Shown here: one piece after another, positions 37,473 to 51,173 of the stretch
Numbering within the stretch: the first letter of the stretch is position 1
Layout: each line of letters begins with the position of its first letter
From: Anaeramoeba ignava BMAN
Taxonomy: Eukaryota > Protista > Anaeramoebae
DNA length: 64,000 bases
Direction of reading: 5' to 3'
NCBI GenBank assembly: GCA_028826165.1
Contig: JAPDFW010000091.1
Location: forward strand, 1 to 64,000
Notes under the pieces: model-generated
What the model was told of the DNA's origin: nothing
The model's database searches: none
Seen by the model: only the letters and a program-made list of their open reading frames with translations
Position numbers and translations under genes: made by a program

Positions 37473-38198
37473 TCTTTTTGTTTTTTAAATTAAAAATTTT
37501 TTGTAAAATTAATCAAAAAAAAATATAGTTATTTTGAAAAGAAAAAAATAATTTTGAAAAGAAAAAAAATGATTTTATTAATTGAGAAATGTTTTTTGTT
37601 TTTTTAAAAATTTTTTTTGATTGGAAGTTGGGGTGTTTGTTTGAATTAATTTTTTTTTAATTTTGGATTGTTTTTTTTATTTTCATTTTGGGATAATTTT
37701 TTTGATCAAAAAAGAAAAAAAATAAAAAAAAATAAAAAAAATAATAAATAAATTGGTTAATTGAGTATTAAAATTAAAAATAAAATTAAAATTAAAATAA
37801 AAAATTAAAAAGGGGTCAAAAAAGTAAACAAATTCCACAATAATTTTTTTCAATTAATTTTTTATTTTTTTAAATAAAATTTTTTAATTAAAAAGATTGG
37901 AAAATTCCTTTTAAAATAAATAAATAAATAAATTGAAAAGGGGGTCATAAAAGTCTTTTCATTTTAGATAAAATTTAATTAAAATTCCTTTTAAAAAATA
38001 ATTAAAAAATAAAAATTTAAATTGATGAGAATTAGGTGAAATTTAATTATTTGAGTTAGTTCGATTCACCAAACAAAAAAAAATGAATTGAATCAAAATT
38101 AAACCAAAAAAGTTTTCTTTTCGGTTTTAGCGAAATTGAAGAAAAAAAAATCAAAAAAAAAATCAAAAGAGTAAAAAGAAATCAATGAAAGTTATTGC

Positions 38199-41100
38199 TT
38201 AGGGGCATAATCCAACAGCTTCACAAACTTTGTCTGGTGGGAAATCACTAACTAACAATTTAACTATTGTTTCATAAAAGGTATCAATTAAAGTATCGCA
38301 ATCAGTCTTATATGGATCTGGGATGAATTTAGAGCAAACTTCATTCAAAAATTTTTCAACTTCAGCTTCATCTGTTGGATCATCAATGAATTCTTCGAGA
38401 TATTTCATAACCAAATCACAAATAATACATTTATCATCACCACCAACTTTCATTGATGTGCATAATCCAATTTCAGTGCAAATTTGATCAGGTGGGAAAT
38501 CATTAACTAATAATTGAACAATAACTGGAATATATTGTTCAATTAATCCATCACAAATTGTATTGATTGGAGATGGAAGCATATTGCAAACATTTTCAAG
38601 GAATTGTTCAATTTCTTGTTCTGTTGTGTTTTCTGAAATAAAAGCTTCAACTTGTTCCATAATCCATTCACAAACAGTACATTCAATTCCTTTTGGTGCT
38701 TTCATTGATGTACATAATCCAATTTCAGTACAGATTTGATCAGGTGGGAAATCATTAACTAATAATTGAACAATAACTGGAATATATTGTTCAATTAATC
38801 CATCACAAATTGTATTAATTGGAGATGGGAGCATATTGCAAACATTTTCAAGGAATTGTTCAATTTCTTGTTCTGTTGTGTTTTCTGAAATAAAAGCTTC
38901 AACTTGTTCCATAATCCATTCGCAAACAGTACATTCAATTCCTTTTGGTGCTTTCATTGATGTGCATAATCCAATTTCAGTGCAAATTTGATCAGGTGGG
39001 AAATCATTAACTAATAATTGAACAATAACTGGAATATATTGTTCAATTAATCCATCACAGATTGTGTTGATTGGAGATGGAAGCATATTGCAAACATTTT
39101 CAAGGAATTGTTCAATTTCTTGTTCTGTTGTGTTTTCTGAGATGAAAGCTTCAACTTGTTCCATAATCCATTCGCAAACAGTACATTCAATTCCTTTTGG
39201 TGCTTTCATTGATGTACATAATCCAATTTCAGTGCAAATTTGATCAGGTGGGAAATCATTAACTAATAATTGAACAATAACTGGAATATATTGTTCAATT
39301 AATCCATCACAAATTGTATTAATTGGAGATGGGAGCATATTGCAAACATTTTCAAGGAATTGTTCAATTTCTTGTTCTGTTGTGTTTTCTGAAATAAAAG
39401 CTTCAACTTGTTCCATAATCCATTCACAAACAGTACATTCAATTCCTTTTGGTGCTTTCATTGATGTGCATAATCCAATTTCAGTACAGATTTGATCAGG
39501 TGGGAAATCATTAACTAATAATTGAACAATAACTGGAATATATTGTTCAATTAATCCATCGCAGATTGTGTTGATTGGAGATGGGAGCATATTGCAAACA
39601 TTTTCAAGGAATTGTTCAATTTCTTGTTCTGTTGTGTTTTCTGAGATGAAAGCTTCAACTTGTTCCATAATCCATTCACAAACAGTACATTCAATTCCTT
39701 TTGGTGCTTTCATTGATGTGCATAATCCAATTTCAGTACAGATTTGATCAGGTGGGAAATCATTAACTAATAATTGAACAATAACTGGAATATATTGTTC
39801 AATTAATCCATCGCAAATTGTGTTGATTGGAGATGGGAGCATATTGCAAACATTTTCAAGGAATTGTTCAATTTCTTGTTCTGTTGTGTTTTCTGAAATA
39901 AAAGCTTCAACTTGTTCCATAATCCATTCGCAAACTGTACATTCAATTCCTTTTGGTGCTTTCATTGATGTACATAATCCAATTTCAGTGCAAATTTGAT
40001 CAGGTGGGAAATCATTAACTAATAATTGAACAATAACTGGAATATATTGTTCAATTAATCCATCACAGATTGTATTAATTGGAGATGGAAGCATATTGCA
40101 AACATTTTCAAGGAATTGTTCAATTTCTTGTTCTGTTGTGTTTTCTGAAATGAAAGCTTCAACTTGTTCCATAATCCATTCACAAACAGTACATTCAATT
40201 CCTTTTGGTGCTTTCATTGATGTACATAATCCAATTTCAGTACAGATTTGATCAGGTGGGAAATCATTAACTAATAATTGAACAATAACTGGAATATATT
40301 GTTCAATTAATCCATCGCAGATTGTATTAATTGGAGATGGGAGCATATTGCAAACATTTTCAAGGAATTGTTCAATTTCTTGTTCAGTTGTGTTTTCTGA
40401 GATGAAAGCTTCAACTTGTTCCATAATCCATTCACAAACAGTACATTCAATTCCTTTTGGTGCTTTCATTGATGTACATAATCCAATTTCAGTGCAAATT
40501 TGATCAGGTGGGAAATCATTAACTAATAATTGAACAATAACTGGAATATATTGTTCAATTAATCCATCGCAGATTGTATTAATTGGAGATGGGAGCATAT
40601 TGCAAACATTTTCAAGGAATTGTTCAATTTCTTGTTCAGTTGTGTTTTCTGAAATGAAAGCTTCAACTTGTTCCATAATCCATTCGCAAACAGTACATTC
40701 AATTCCTTTTGGTGCTTTCATTGATGTACATAATCCAATTTCAGTGCAGATTTGATCAGGTGGGAAATCATTAACTAATAATTGAACAATAACTGGAATA
40801 TATTGTTCAATTAATCCATCACAGATTGTGTTAATTGGAGATGGAAGCATATTGCAAACATTTTCAAGGAATTGTTCAATTTCTTGTTCAGTTGTGTTTT
40901 CTGAGATGAAAGCTTCAACTTGTTCCATAATCCATTCGCAAACAGTACATTCAATTCCTTTTGGTGCTTTGGCTTGTGCTATTTAATTAAAAAATAAAAA
41001 AAAAACAAATTTTTACAAAGATTTTGTTTTTTTTTTGTTAGTCAAAAAAGTTTAATTAATATTTATGAGGCAAATAGAACAAAAAAAATTATTTTTATTA

Positions 41101-41223
41101 TTTTTATTATAATGATGTAATTTTGTTTTTATTTTTATTTTAATTTTGTTTTTATTTTTATTTACGAATAGAGAAAGTAAGAGATGCAAGAATTAAGAAA
41201 ATGAAAATTATTGAGAATTTCAT
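38199..41223 (-). CDS. Saposin-like (SAPLIP) polyprotein: signal peptide, 10 identical SapB units and 1 divergent unit; intron 40979-41165
   Basis: Exon 1 MKFSIIFIFLILASLTFSI; 84-aa/252-bp units with the six-Cys saposin pattern CxxC..C..C..PxxICxxIGLC. Confidence 0.95.
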
Positions 41224-41289
41224 TTTAATTGTAAATAAAAGAAAAAAAATGAATTAAAATGATCTTTTGTAAAATTATTTAAATATATA

Positions 41290-41301
41290 ATACACGTGTA
41301 T
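41290..41301. promoter_or_regulatory. Palindromic E-box ATACACGTGTAT ~70 nt upstream of the saposin ATG
   Basis: 12-bp palindrome with a CACGTG core in an A/T spacer. Confidence 0.45.
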
Positions 41302-41680
41302 AAAAATAAATAAAAAAAATTTTTTTTTTCTTTTTTTTTTGCTTTTTTTTTTTTTTTTAAATAAATTGAAGATTTGAATTTATATTTTTAATTAATTTAT
41401 AATTAATTTATAATTTAATTTCTTTTCTATTTTCTGTTTTTGATCGTTGTTGTTTATTAAATAAAAATAATTTAAAATAAAATAAAAAATAAAAAGGAAA
41501 AAAAAATTTTTTTTTTATTTATTTTTTTTAATTAAAAATAAAAAGGAGAAAAAATAAAAAAAATAAAAAAAGGAGAAAAAATATTATAATTAGTAATTTT
41601 GATTAAAAATTGAATAATTAATATATTTTTATTTTTAATTTTTTAATTTCATTTTTCTTTTCTTTTCTTTTTAAAAAATA

Positions 41681-44600
41681 ATGGAAATTTCTGAAGAACA
41701 AATGATTGAATTGTTATCACATATTTTAACTCCAAACAGTGAAACAATTAGTCAAGCAGAACAACTTCTTCAAGAACTTCAAGAAACATTAAAATTTTCA
41801 GAAACTTTAATTCAAGTTATTTTGAAAGATTATCCTTCACAAATTAGATTATTAGCAGCTACAATTTTTAAAAAACAAATTGAAAGAGTTTGGGTTCGTT
41901 TTTCTAAATCAAAACGTACAGAGATTCGAAATTATTTATTACAAATTTTAGCTCAAGAAACTCAGTAAACAGAATGAAATTTATAACTAATTTTAACACA
42001 GAATTTATAATTAAATTTATATTTATAATTAAATTAATATTTATATTTATATTTATATTTATATTTATATTTATATTTATATTTATATTTATATTTATAT
42101 TTATAATTATATTTATATTTATTTAAATATTTATAATATTTATATTTATATTTATTTAAATATTTATATTTATATTTATTTAAATATTTATATTTATATT
42201 TATTTAAATATTTATATTTATATTTATATTTATTTAAATATTTATATTTATATTTATATTTATTTAAATATTTATATTTTATATTTTATTTATATTTTAT
42301 TTTTTATATTTATATTTTATATTTAATTTATTTATATTTATATTTTATAATATTTATATTTATATTTATATTTATATATTTATATTTATTTTATATTTTA
42401 TATATTTATATTTTATATTTTATATTTATATTTATATTTTATATTTATTTTTTTATTTATATTTTTATTTATTTTATATTTATATTTATGTTTATTTATA
42501 TTATTTTATATTTTATTTTATATTTATATGTTTATATATTTTATATATTTATATTTATTTAAATATTTATATTTATATTTATATTTATATTTATAATATT
42601 TATATTTATAATATTTATATTTACAATTTATAATATTTATATTTATATTTATATTTTATTTTTATTTTAAATATTTATATTTATATTTATTTAAAATATT
42701 TTATATTTTATATTTATTTAAATATTTATATTTATATTTATTTTTTTATTTATTTTATATTTATATTTTATTTTAAATATTTTATATTTATATTTATTTA
42801 AATTTATATTTATATTTTTTTTTAAATATTTTATTTTTATATTTCATTTAAATATTTTATATTTATATTTTTTTATTTTAATATTTTATGTTTTTTATTT
42901 AAAATATTTTATTTTTATTTTATTTTTATTTATATTTATTTTTTATTTCAAATATTTTATGTTTATGTTTGTTTAAAATATTTATATTTATATTTAAATA
43001 TTTATTTAAATATTTATATTTATATTTATTATTTTATATTTATATTTTTATTTATATTTTATATTTATTTATATTTTATAAATATTTATATTTATATTTA
43101 TATTTTTTTAAATATTTATATTTTAAATATTTATATTTATATTTTATATTTTATTTTTATATTTTATATTTTATATTTATGTTTTTATATTTATATATTT
43201 ATATTTTATATTTTATATTTTATATTTTTATATTTTATATTTCATTTATATTTTTATATTTATAATTTATTTTAAATATTTTATATTTTATATTTTTAAA
43301 TATTTATATTTATATTTTAAATATTTATATTTTATATTTTAAATATTTATATTTATATTTTTAAATATTTATATTTATATTTTAAATATTTATATTTTAT
43401 ATTTTTAAATTTTTATATTTATATATTTTTATTTTATATTTTATATTTATATTTTTTTTTAAATATTTTATATTTATATTTATAATTATTTTTATTTTAT
43501 AATTATATTTATATTTATTATATTTTTTAAATTTATATTTATATTTTATATTTATTTTATATTTATATTTTATTTTATATTTTAAATATTTTATTTATAT
43601 TTATTTAAATATTTATATTTATTTTAAATATTTATATTTATTTAAATATTTATATTTATATTAATATTTATATTTATATTTATATTTAAATATTTATATT
43701 TTAAATATTTATATTTATATTTATAATATTTATATTTTAAATATTTATATTTATATTTATATTTATATTTATAATATTTATATTTATATTTATATTTATA
43801 TTTATATTTATAATATTTATATTTATAATATTTATATTTTAAATATTTATATTTAATTTTATATTTTAAATATTTATATTAGTATTAAAATTATGAAGTA
43901 TATGACATATGTTGTTGCTGAAGTTGCAAAAATTGAAGCAAGTACTAGTGATTGGAATGAATTATTTGATTTTGTTAAACAAGCAATTGAATCAGAAAAT
44001 TCAATTCATAAAATTGTACACAAAATATAAAATCTAAAAAAAAAATAATAAGATTTATAAATATAAATTTTATTAACATAATAGTCAGCTTTAAAAATAT
44101 GGGGATCACTATTAGAATCAATGGGAGATATAATTTTTGATGATTATTTTGATTATTTAATTGAAATTCTTCTCAAATCTTTTGATAATGAAGATGCAGA
44201 CGTAAAATTAGCAGCTATTGAAACAGCAATTGAAATGGTTAGATTACAAGAATTTGAACAAGTTAACTCAATGAAAAAATTAGTTCCAAAAATTTTGAAA
44301 ACAATTCAATTTTTTGCTTTACGAAATGATGATCAAAAGTTTACTAATTCAATGGAAATTTTAGATGAATTAATGGAATCTGTAAAATCAAATAATTATT
44401 TAAATAGAAATATTTAATTATTTAAATCAAATAATTTTTGATTAGGAAGTTCCAGTTATTACTCCATTTTTATTGAAAATATTTCAATTTGTTATTGAAA
44501 TTGCAAATGATCAAACTCGAAATATTGATATTAGGACAAGAGTATTAACTTTTATTATTTGGATTGTTCGATACAAAACAAAATTTGTTCTCAAACATAA

Positions 44601-47600
44601 TTTTACAGAAAATATTCTTAAATCAATATTTTTTTTGGCATTTGATGTAACAGATCAAGAAATTAAACAAAATGATTATGAAATGACAGATAATCCAATT
44701 TTCGAAATTGATGATCTAATGTCAATTAATAAAATATCTTATTATCTTTTGGAAACAATGGCAGAAATAATTCCACCAGTTCCATTTTTTGATCCTGTTA
44801 TGAAATTTATTTTTGAAATTTTTGAAAATAAGGAATGCACTCCAACTCATCAAGAAGTTGGTCTTTTATCACTTATTGTATTTATTTATTAAAAATATTA
44901 AAATTAAAATAAATATTTATTTATTAAAAATATTTAAATTAAAATAAATATTTATTTATTAAAAATATTAAAATTAAAATTAATATTTATTTATTAAAAA
45001 TATTAAAATTAAAATTAAAATATTTATTTATTAAAAATATTAAAATTAAAATAAATATTTATTTATTAAAAATATTTAAAAATTAAAATTAAAAATATTT
45101 ACTAAAAATATTCAAATTAAAATAAATATTTATTTATTAAAAATATTTAAATTAAAATTAATATTTATTTATTAAAAATATTCAAATTAAAATAAATATT
45201 TATTTATTAAAAATATTCAAATTAAAATAAATATTTATTTATTAAAAATATTTAAATTAAAATAAATATTTATTTATTAAAAATATTTAAATTAAAATAA
45301 ATATTTATTTATTAAAAATATTCAAATTAAAATAAATATTTATTTATTAAAAATATTCAAATTAAAATAAATATTTATTTATTAAAAATATTCAAATTAA
45401 AATAAATATTTATTTATTAAAAATAATTAAATTAAAATAAATATTTATTTATTAAAAATATTCAGATGATCTCAGAAGGTTGTTTCGAAATGTTACGTGA
45501 TATTTTAGATAAAATTATTCCAATAATTCTTATAGGTCTTAATAGTCCAAATATTAGAGTTCAAGATTCAGCCTTTCTTGTTATTGCAAATTTTTCAGAT
45601 ACACTTCAACCAGAAATTACTGAATATCATACTCAATTAATGCCTTATCTTCTTCAAAGTTTGGAACATCAAAATAGACATGTTAGATATAGAACAACAA
45701 TTGCTTTAGAATCTTTTGTAGAAAATTTAGGTTTGTTTTAATATTTTTTTTTGAATAACAAGTATTTTTTAAGAAATTAAATTTGAAATCAAAATTGAAT
45801 TTAAAATTAAAGAAAAAGAAATCACTCCTTATATTGAACCTTTAATGTCTAAATTATTTATGCTTCTTAAACAAGAAAACTCAACAAAAATTCATGAAAG
45901 TGTTATTTCAACAATATCTTCTGTGTCTTTATCTGCAGTTGAGGTTTGAATTTTTTTAAAATCATTTATAATATTTTTATTTAATATTTTTATTTAATAT
46001 TTTTATTTAATATTTTTATTTAATATTTTTATTTAATATTTTTATTTAATATTTTTATTTAATATTTTTATTTAATATTTTTATTTAATAGAAAATTAGA
46101 CCATATTTTTCAGAAATTATGCAGTTTTTAATAATTGCTCTTCAACAATCTAATGATGAAATGCTTCAAATGAGAGCAAAAGCAATGGAATGTGCTGGAA
46201 TTATATCACTTTCAGCTGGACAAGAACATTTCAAGGTAAATTTTAATTTTAATTTAAATTTTAATTTTAATTTTAATTTTAATTTTAAAATGAATTTAAT
46301 ATAAATTTTAATTTTAAAATGAATTTTATTTTAATTTTAATTTTAATTTTTTAAAAAAAAAAAGCCATATTTTAATGAATTAATGGGATATGCAATGGAT
46401 GGTCTTTCTTTAGAATTCCGTGAATTAACAGAATATACATATTCTTTTTTTGGAAATCTTTCAGATTGTTTAACTTCAGAATTTGGAAGTTTTTATCAAG
46501 AAATTATTCCTCGTTTACTTCAAACTTCAAATGAAAAAATAGCAATTTCTAGAGGCATTCCTTCTGATAATGAAGATGAAGATGAAGATGATGAATTCCA
46601 AGAAATGTTTGACAATGAAATCAAAATTGGAAATGATCCTTTTGGAATTGATGAAGATGAAAATGAAAATGATTCCAAATTTGTTTTTGAAACTCAAATT
46701 ATGAATGAAAAAGCATCTACAATTAGAGTTCTTGGACTTTTTGCTAAAAATTCTCCTCATCATTTTTTACCTTTTCTTTCTGATTCTCTTGAATCTGCAA
46801 TTTTTTTGATTAAGAATTATCAAGAAAATGTGAGACACAATGCAATTAGGGCTTTATCAAGTATTAATTTTTGAAACAATAATTGATTCAAAAAAATAAT
46901 AATTTTATTATTATTATTTTTATTATTGTTTTTATTTAGGATTTGTTTTGCTATTAGAAAAACCTCAATTTAATTCAGGTCAATGGGTTGCTGGTTTTCC
47001 AATACAAGATGTAAAAAAAAAAGCACAAATATAATATCAATTTAATATTTTTGTTCATTTTTTATTTTGATTATTATATTTATTTTTATTTAGAAATTAC
47101 CTGAAAAAACTGCTGAAATATTTTCTACAATTTTCCCAATTTTAATATTTTTGATAGAAAATGAGTTTGATTCTTTAAGTGTTGCACATTCATGTGAATT
47201 TATTAGAAAAATAGTTGAAAATTTTGGTCCAAGTTCTATAGAAAGCTGTAAAATAATTTAATTTTCAATTTTATAATTTTATAAATGAATTTTATAAATT
47301 AATTTTAATCATCTTATAGTTTATCAGGAAATTCTTGATGCTCTTGCATCCCTTTTAAAAGAAGAAGCACCATGCCAACAAATTTTACAAGATTCCTTTC
47401 TAGATGGAGATGACAATGAAGATGAATTTGGAAAAGGAGATGAAGATGATGGATTTGAAGATGAAGATGATGAATTTGAAAAAGAAAAAGAAAAACAACT
47501 AGAAAATTTATTATTAAAAAAACATGATATAGTTGTAATTGATTCAGTTGTTGATTGCGTTGTAGCCATTATAAAAGCACTTGGAGAATCAAGCGCGCCA

Positions 47601-48344
47601 TTTATCAAAGAAATTGTGGATCTAATCAACCGATATCTTGATCCACAACGATCACTCAAAGATCAAGCAATGGCAATTGGCGCAATAGCAGTAATGATTG
47701 GAGACACACCCGAATTATTCCGACCAATTATATTGCCAATTATTCCGTTAGCAATTCAAAGATGCAAACCACAATTGCATCCGCAAGATATTTTTTTCAA
47801 ACAAGAAGAAATGCTACTTCGCAATTCTGCTTGTTGTTTAGGAACTATTTTTTTTAACTTCCCAGAAATTCAAGAAGTTCAAAATTTTGTTAATGATTCT
47901 TTGCAACTTTTTTATTCTCTTTTAGAAGATCATCATTTACCAACAACAAGAGATAACGCAACAAGCGCAATTGCGAAAATCATGTTAAAAATTCCCCATC
48001 AAAACCTCCCAATACAAAAATTAATTCAGGCTTTTCTTCAAGGTCTTCCTCTTCAAATGGATGTTGAAGAGGCAAAGTTTGTTTATTCTTGTTTGGCGTT
48101 TTTGGTTCTTCAACATCCTGATTATATAGAAAATAGTATCCCCCAAATTGTCGAAATTCTTGTTAAAGTTATTTATCAAAAAAGTTTGGTTATTACTCAA
48201 GATCAACAACTTTTGCAAATTCATAAAGAGTTGATTGATATTTTAAAAAAATTCTTAGATTTAGAACAAGTTGCTCAATTAATGAATTCTTTAAATGATG
48301 AAATTAAAAATGAACTTTTAGATCAATTTGAAAAATTCAAATGA
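41681..48344 (+). CDS. IPO4: Importin-4/Kap123-type karyopherin beta, 11 exons; introns 41965-43882, 44016-44084, 44382-44445, 44878-45465, 45731-45812, 45944-46091, 46236-46364, 46861-46939, 47011-47093, 47248-47319
   Basis: IBN_N-like start ([14 protein letters not shown]), [46 protein letters not shown] and LPLQMDVEE. All ten GT-AG introns preserve frame. Confidence 0.88.
41965..43882. repeat. 1.9-kb degenerate (TATATT)n microsatellite intron
   Basis: Almost purely A/T hexamer-derived array inside importin intron 1. Confidence 0.9.
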
Positions 48345-48578
48345 ATTTTTTTTTAAAAACAAAACAAATCAAAACAAAACAAAACAAAGAATATTTTAGA
48401 TTTCAATTCTTTTTTTTTTTTTAGAAACAAAACAAATAGAAGAAATTTTTTTTTAATAATTAAATAAAATAATAAGAAAAAATTAAATTTTTTTTTATTA
48501 AATTACAAAAAAAAATCCAATCATTTTTTTTTCTTTTTGTTTTATTTGCTATTTAAAGAATTCTTAATTAAAAAAAAT

Positions 48579-50991
48579 ATGCAAAATCATCAAGAAAAAG
48601 AATTAGAAAAAGAAAAAGAGAAAGAATTAGAATTAAAACCAATTCCAAATAAAGAAACTGAAAAAGAAAAAAAGAAAGAAAAAAAGCAGAAAAATAAATC
48701 AAAAGAAGCCGAAGAATCTGTTTTATATCTTATTCTACCTCCAGTTTTACTGTTTGCTACACTATTGATTTCATCATATGTGGGTAATGAATATGAAGAG
48801 GAATTTGGATTGTATCCCTATTTCGACGTGAGAGACTTAAGTATAAACATTCGAAAAGAGTTATACTTCAGCGAGGATAGGAAAACAACATTTCTGGATG
48901 AATGGGGGAGTGCTTATGGGTACAACAACACAATTGATGACTTTGCGAGTTCAGAGAAAGAGCATTTGAAGGGGGACGTATATTTAGACTATACTGGCTC
49001 AGCGATATACACAAAGACATTAGTTGATGAAATAACGTCAGATTGGAAAATTAATTTTTACAGTAATGTTCATTCACGTTCAACATCATCAGTGAGAACT
49101 GAGGAGCAAATTCAAACAATCCGGAGACTGGTTCTTGAGTGGTTCAATACCAGTGATGAAGAATATTCGGTTATTTTCACATCAGGCGCAACTGCATCAC
49201 TTAAACTAGTGGGAGAAAGTTTTCCTTGGAAGAAAGAATCTCAATTTGTTTATTGCAGATCAAACCACAACTCTGTCATCGGTATACGTGAATTCGCCAC
49301 ACAATTCGGCGCAGGTTTCACAGTCGTTACCGAGCCTGACTTGGTTGAAAAAGATCCAGAAATCATTGCTCAATATCCCAGCTTCTGTGAAAAGAGCCAA
49401 ATGCAATATCTGACAGAACCTCCTGATGATCTCTATCATTTGTTCGCTTATCCCGCAGAAAGTAACTTTGACGGATCCAAGTTTAACTTGTCGATGATCG
49501 ACAGATTTCATCACGATCATCTCTTCTGTAATGATACTGGCAAATGGCTTGTTCTTCTTGATGCCGCTGCCTTTGTTCCCACGAACAGACTCGATCTTTC
49601 TCGATACAAACCCGATTTTGTAGCTTTATCTTTCTATAAAATGTTCGGTTTACCCACAGGAATTGGTGCTCTTCTCGTGCATAACTCGGTTGCGCCTCTC
49701 ATGCAGAAACTGTTTTTCGGAGGCGGCACTGTTATGATTAGTTCTTGTGAATCTCATTTATGTGTTCTTCATCCAAATCCCTCAACTCGTTTTGAAGACG
49801 GAACTGTCAATTTTCTCAGTATAATTGCCCTCAAATACGGCATTAATATGCTCAACTCACTTGGTATTCAAAGTATTTCTGACCATGTTTGGACTCTTAC
49901 TCGTTATTTATATACAAATCTTATATCTTTATCTCATTCAAATGGTCAACCTTTTGTTGAAATTTATGGAAAACATCATTTAAATAATCCTCTTTATCAA
50001 GGTTCAATTATTGCTTTTAATCTAAAAAATCCTGATGGAACTTATGTTGGTTATTTTACTATTCAGAAAGATTCTGCTGATGCTGGTTTTCATTTAAGAA
50101 CTGGTTGTCATTGCAATCCTGTATTTTAATTTAAATCCAAAATATTTAAATTATAAATATTTATTTAAATCCAAAATATTTAAATTAAAAATAAAAATAA
50201 ATAATTAAATCAAAAATAAATAATTAAAAATAAAAATAAATATTTAAATTACAAATAAATATTTATTTAAATCAAAAATAAATATTTAAATTAAAAATAA
50301 ATAATTAAATCAAAAATAAATATTTAAATTAAAAATATTTAAATTAAAAATATTTAAATCAAAAATATTTAAATCAAAAATAAATATTTAAATCAAAAAT
50401 AAATATTTAAATCAAAAATAATTAAATCAAAAATATTTAAATCCAAAATATTTAAATAAAAATAAATATTTAAATCAAAAATAAATATTTAAATCAAAAA
50501 TAAATATTTAAATCAAAATAAATATTTAAATAAAAATATTTAAACCCAAAATAATTAAATTAAAAATATTTAAATCAAAAATAAATATTTAAATCCAAAA
50601 TATTTAAATCCAAAATATTTAAATTAAAAATATTTAAATTAAAAATATTTAAATCCAAAATATTTAAATCAAAAATAAGTTATTTATTTTCAAAAATTTT
50701 TAAAAATTAAAAATATTTTTTTAAATCCAAAATAAATATTTAAATCAAAAATATTTAAATAAAAAAAAAAATAAATAAAAAGGGAATGTGTGACATTATC
50801 ATTACTTAAATATTTCTAAAGAAGATATTCACCAACTTGTTTCAGAAAAAAGAAGTTGTGGTGATAAAAGAGATTTTATTCATTCAAAACCTTTTGGTGT
50901 TGTAAGAGTTTCTTTAGGTTATTTAACAACATTTGAAGAAGTTGATTATTTTCTTACTTTCTTAAAAATGAAATATTTGGATTGGGATTAA
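48579..50991 (+). CDS. Molybdenum-cofactor-sulfurase-like PLP enzyme (NifS-like domain only) with N-terminal membrane anchor; intron 50121-50782; 5-nt insertion at ~50794
   Basis: VYLDYTG, FTSGATASLKLVGESFPW, NHNSVIGIRE, LLDAAAF, SFYKMFG, RTGCHCNP|GMC and GVVRVSLGY. No MOSC domain before the stop. Confidence 0.85.
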
Positions 50992-51173
50992 TTCTTTTAA
51001 TGAATTATGTCTTTTTTTTTTAACTTCTTTTTAATAAATTCCCAAAAAAAAAAGTTTTTTTTTAAATTGAATTCGTTTATTTTTTGTTGTTTTTTAAAAA
51101 AAAAAAAAAAAGTGGAACAAAAAAAATTTTTTTTTGTATTATTTAAAAAATGGAAAAAAAAAAGTTTTGTAAA

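Noticed and set aside
38450-40970. CRISPR-like regular repeats (also the 145-bp satellite)
   Set aside because: There are no unique spacers and no cas genes; these are coding or satellite tandem repeats in a eukaryote.
50782-50796. TGA in the downstream frame as a possible selenocysteine codon
   Set aside because: It needs a non-AG acceptor and breaks the CNPGxC alignment, and I saw no SECIS.
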